DNA of 13,690 bases from contig JAQGDQ010001082.1 of assembly GCA_030141605.1 (NCBI GenBank), positions 1 through 13,690 on the forward strand, read 5' to 3'. How positions within the stretch are numbered: position 1 is the first letter of the stretch; the number at the start of each line of letters is the position of its first letter. Under the pieces are notes generated by a model. That model was not told the origin of the DNA, searched no databases, and was given only the letters and a program-made list of their open reading frames with translations. Positions 9,634-13,690 of this stretch are shown here, piece by piece. The DNA is from Tubiluchus corallicola (Eukaryota > Animalia > Priapulida). Both the position numbers and the translations under genes were made by a program.

Positions 9634-10332
9634 AATGAATCGTGGTTCCAGCGGCGTTGTGTGCAGTTTGAAGCGTTTGCCCAAAAATATTTGAAAAAAA
9701 TCCAAAAATTCCTAAATTTGCCTCAGTAGCTAAGACACGGCGGCCATGTCTGTGACGGAATGACTTGTCACACAATTAGCAAATGAACTGCTGGCTTCAG
9801 TTGCTGTGCTCAGTCGAGCGTGTAAAGACGCTGGCTTCATTACGGCAGCTCTCTCGTAATTGCGAGATTAAACGCTTGCTCGGCTAAATAGGAAAATAAT
9901 AGAATAACGAGCAAGCTTTCCACTTTGATCTGCTCTTGGCTGATGTCAATCTCAGCAATTTGTTGTACAAGTTGACAGCCGTAAGCCGGAGGGCAACGGA
10001 GGGGAGAGATTGTCGCTCAAGAATCAATTAGGACCGGGCGATAATCGCTTCCTCCCGCCACGTGATTTGATGAGAGATTTACAGTGACAGAAGGCGGTGG
10101 GTGGTAAGCTGTTGACTGTGCATAATGCAAACATACCTTATAATAATAACAAGTTATTTATAGACGTATGATAATGTTTGTTGTTACGTTAAAACTACGT
10201 TTAAACCAATAATAATAAATTTGGCAAATTAAAAACTGTAGGAAAAACGAAGCATCCAAAAATATAGGGGCGTGAAGGACGCACATTTGTTTTTAAAACA
10301 CTTTTTCACTAAATTGTGATCAAACTAAAGAT

Positions 10333-10848
<516 letters not shown>

Positions 10849-11076
10849 TTAATTAATTATCGTGCAAAGACTGTATAAACTGGTCACCCAACTAACTACT
10901 GACAAGGCAATATGTGTTATGTAACCTTAAATCAGTATTTGTTGTTGTTTGAATCTATTTTTTTGTAATACAGAAAACTTTGACTAGAAATTAAGTTTCA
11001 TTAAAGGTATCATTAACGTCTTAAAATATTTAACTATTAACTTATTAAAGTACTAACTAAAGGAAAAAGGTCTCAC

Positions 11077-11264
11077 TTGGTCTCGAAACGGCAGACTTGC
11101 AAAAGAGGGCAAATTCTTTGCCCATCTGACGGCCATAAAAAGTAGTCTAGCTGACGATTCGTAGATATTTTCCTGCCCTGTTGGATAGATGGCAGCAGCT
11201 TCGGACAAAACATGTTGATGGTGCAAATGATCAGTGTCGATCCCCGTCACGTCAACGTGCTCGT
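11077..11264 (-). CDS. NR2E3: NR2E3/PNR-like nuclear receptor, internal coding exon (hinge end and start of LBD)
   Basis: Acceptor atttttatttccAG (AG at 11266-11265), donor CAA|GTGAG at 11076. 188 nt, phase 1 to phase 0. Translates (x)EHVDVTGIDTDHLHHQHVLSEAAAIYPTGQENIYESSARLLFMAVRWAKNLPSFASLPFRDQ, matching the NR2E3 signature SARLLFMAVKWAKNLPxFxxLPFRDQ. Confidence 0.95.
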
Positions 11265-11446
11265 CTGGAAATAAAAATCAATAAATAATGGCGAGAAGCC
11301 TTAAAATATCGTTATGAATAACAATAGCAAAGTAGCAAAAACATTAACAAAGACGCAGCAACAACAACCGAATTCACGTTCAGGTTATTCTGATTGTTTG
11401 ACATTTTCTATTTATAAACAAGCAAAACACACTGGTCTGTCCTGTG

Positions 11447-12295
11447 ATCCTATCCTATCCTATCCTATCCTATCCTATCCTATCCTATCCTATCCTATCC
11501 TATCCTATCCTATCCTATCCTATCCTATCCTATCCTATCCTATCCTATCCTATCCTACCCGGTCCTGTCCCGTCCTCTCCTGCCTATCATATCGTATCCT
11601 ACTGTACCTACTCTACCCTATCCTATCCTATCCTATCCGATCCTATCCTATCCTATCCTATCCTATCCTATCCTATCCTATCCTATCCTATCCTATCCTA
11701 TCCTATCCTATCCTATCCTATCCTATCCTATCCTATCCTATCCTATCCTACCCGGTCCTGTCCCGTCCTGTCCTGCCTATCATATCGTATCCTACTGTAC
11801 CCTACTCTACCCTATCCTATCCTATCCTATCCTATCCTATCCTATCCTATCCTATCCTATCCTATCCTATCCTATCCTATCCTATCCTATCCTATCCTAT
11901 CCTATCCGATCCGATCCGATCCGATCCTATCCTCTCCTACCCGGTACTGTCCTGTCCCGTCCTGTCCTGTCCTGTCCTGTCCTGTCTTGTCCTGTCCTGT
12001 CCTGTCCTGTCTCATCCTGTCCTGTCCTGTCCTGCCTACCATATCGTATCCTACCCTATTCTACCCTATTCTATCCTATCCTATCCTATCCTATCCTATC
12101 CTATCCTATCCTATCCTATCCTATCCTATCCAATCCTATCCTATCCTATCCTATCCTATCCTATCCTATCCTATCCTATCCTATCCTATCCTATCCTATC
12201 CTATCCTATCCCATTTTATTCCATCCCTTTCTGTTCTATTGCTTTCTTTTCCGCTCTATTCTATTCTGTTCCGTTACATTCTATTCTATTCTATC
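11447..12295. repeat. (TATCC)n pentanucleotide satellite with (TGTCC)n variants and a higher-order period of about 190 bp
   Basis: Directly visible; variant cassettes start at 11558, 11751 and 11940. Source of the (YPILS)n ORFs. Confidence 0.98.
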
Positions 12296-13157
12296 CAACA
12301 CTGCAAAGCTGCAACTAAAGAGATCAACCAATCGATAAGACACCACCATACACCTGCCCACCCTTCTTTTTCCCGCCTGCCGCTTGCTCTATACTTCCCA
12401 AAATCAATTTCTAATTTTTCGGACGAACATTATAAGACAAACCGGATTTCCGTTGTTCTCTGCTGTCAATTGAGTCAATTCTACTATGAAAAGTAAATTA
12501 GGCGAAGTAATAACCTTCTGATGGTTTCCAGCGAGTATTGGAGAATCGAATCGAAAATTTTAGTAGCGGCGATGTGAAATGGGGCGTTATGGCCTGTTAC
12601 GTGTAATGGGGGTATTGTTATGAATGCAAAGTTGTGGAACCTCTGAGGGGAAAGAATGAAGGAGTGAACGAATGTGTAAAACAGTGAACAAACAAAAGAA
12701 TACATGGAACAGATCTGTAATTGTTCGAGTGAATAACTAATTATACGAACTAATAAATCCCCGGTAGTTTGGTCAAATTGTTAAAAATCTGCCAGTTTTG
12801 AAAATGTATTGGGGGGGAGGGGGGTTCTTGCTTACCTGTCTCCCCCATTAGCTAGTAATAATTATTGAAACGCTGTTGTTTACGCTGCTTTAGGTTAAGA
12901 ATTCCATCTAAATCTAAAAAAATTAATAAATTTCAAATTGATGCAGTTAATTTCTTTCTCTAACTGAATAGGCTGGTTGTCTATCTGTTCTTCACAATAT
13001 CATTTGCGCCATTTTATCACGAGGACCACAAACATTTTTAAGTCAGTAAAAACATTGTCAGTGACGTCATCAAGAAGCACTGCTACCACTATTATAGCCT
13101 AGCCTAGTTATTATAGCAGTAGTAAATGTTTATCGGAAAACTTCGAAGCTTTAATGA

Positions 13158-13690
<533 letters not shown>

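Noticed and set aside
11314-12496. 334- and 350-aa (YPILS)n ORFs
   Set aside because: (TATCC)n has no stop codon in any plus-strand frame; it is intronic and antisense to the gene.
12831-12851. Strong minus-strand donor-like site ACAG|GTAAG as a possible upstream NR2E3 exon end
   Set aside because: In the required phase 1 an in-frame TAG lies five codons upstream and the peptide (LMGET) has no NR2E3 resemblance. A 16-nt micro-exon cannot be excluded without RNA data.

Overview
AT-rich, microsatellite-dense animal genomic DNA, probably an invertebrate; this is not a prokaryotic locus. The main content is the 3' half of a spliced nuclear-receptor gene on the minus strand. Four coding exons (11264-11077, 8681-8438, 7971-7866, 6882-6750) have canonical AG/GT junctions and join in frame into the end of the hinge plus the complete ligand-binding domain of an NR2E3/PNR (photoreceptor-specific nuclear receptor) orthologue, ending ...[17 protein letters not shown]. 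The DNA-binding-domain exons are not in the window and should lie beyond 13690. Downstream of the gene (lower coordinates) are a tRNA-derived SINE, decayed LINE 3' ends, a possible Harbinger-like DNA-transposon end and a compound minisatellite with variable (GAA)n linkers. Nearly all long ORFs in the supplied track are microsatellite artefacts. I found no evidence of a new multi-gene system. The most interesting leads are a WDR5-binding-like motif (xEHVDVT) in the hinge, vertebrate-like intron positions, and a homeodomain-site-rich intronic block. All family comparisons are from memory, not database searches.
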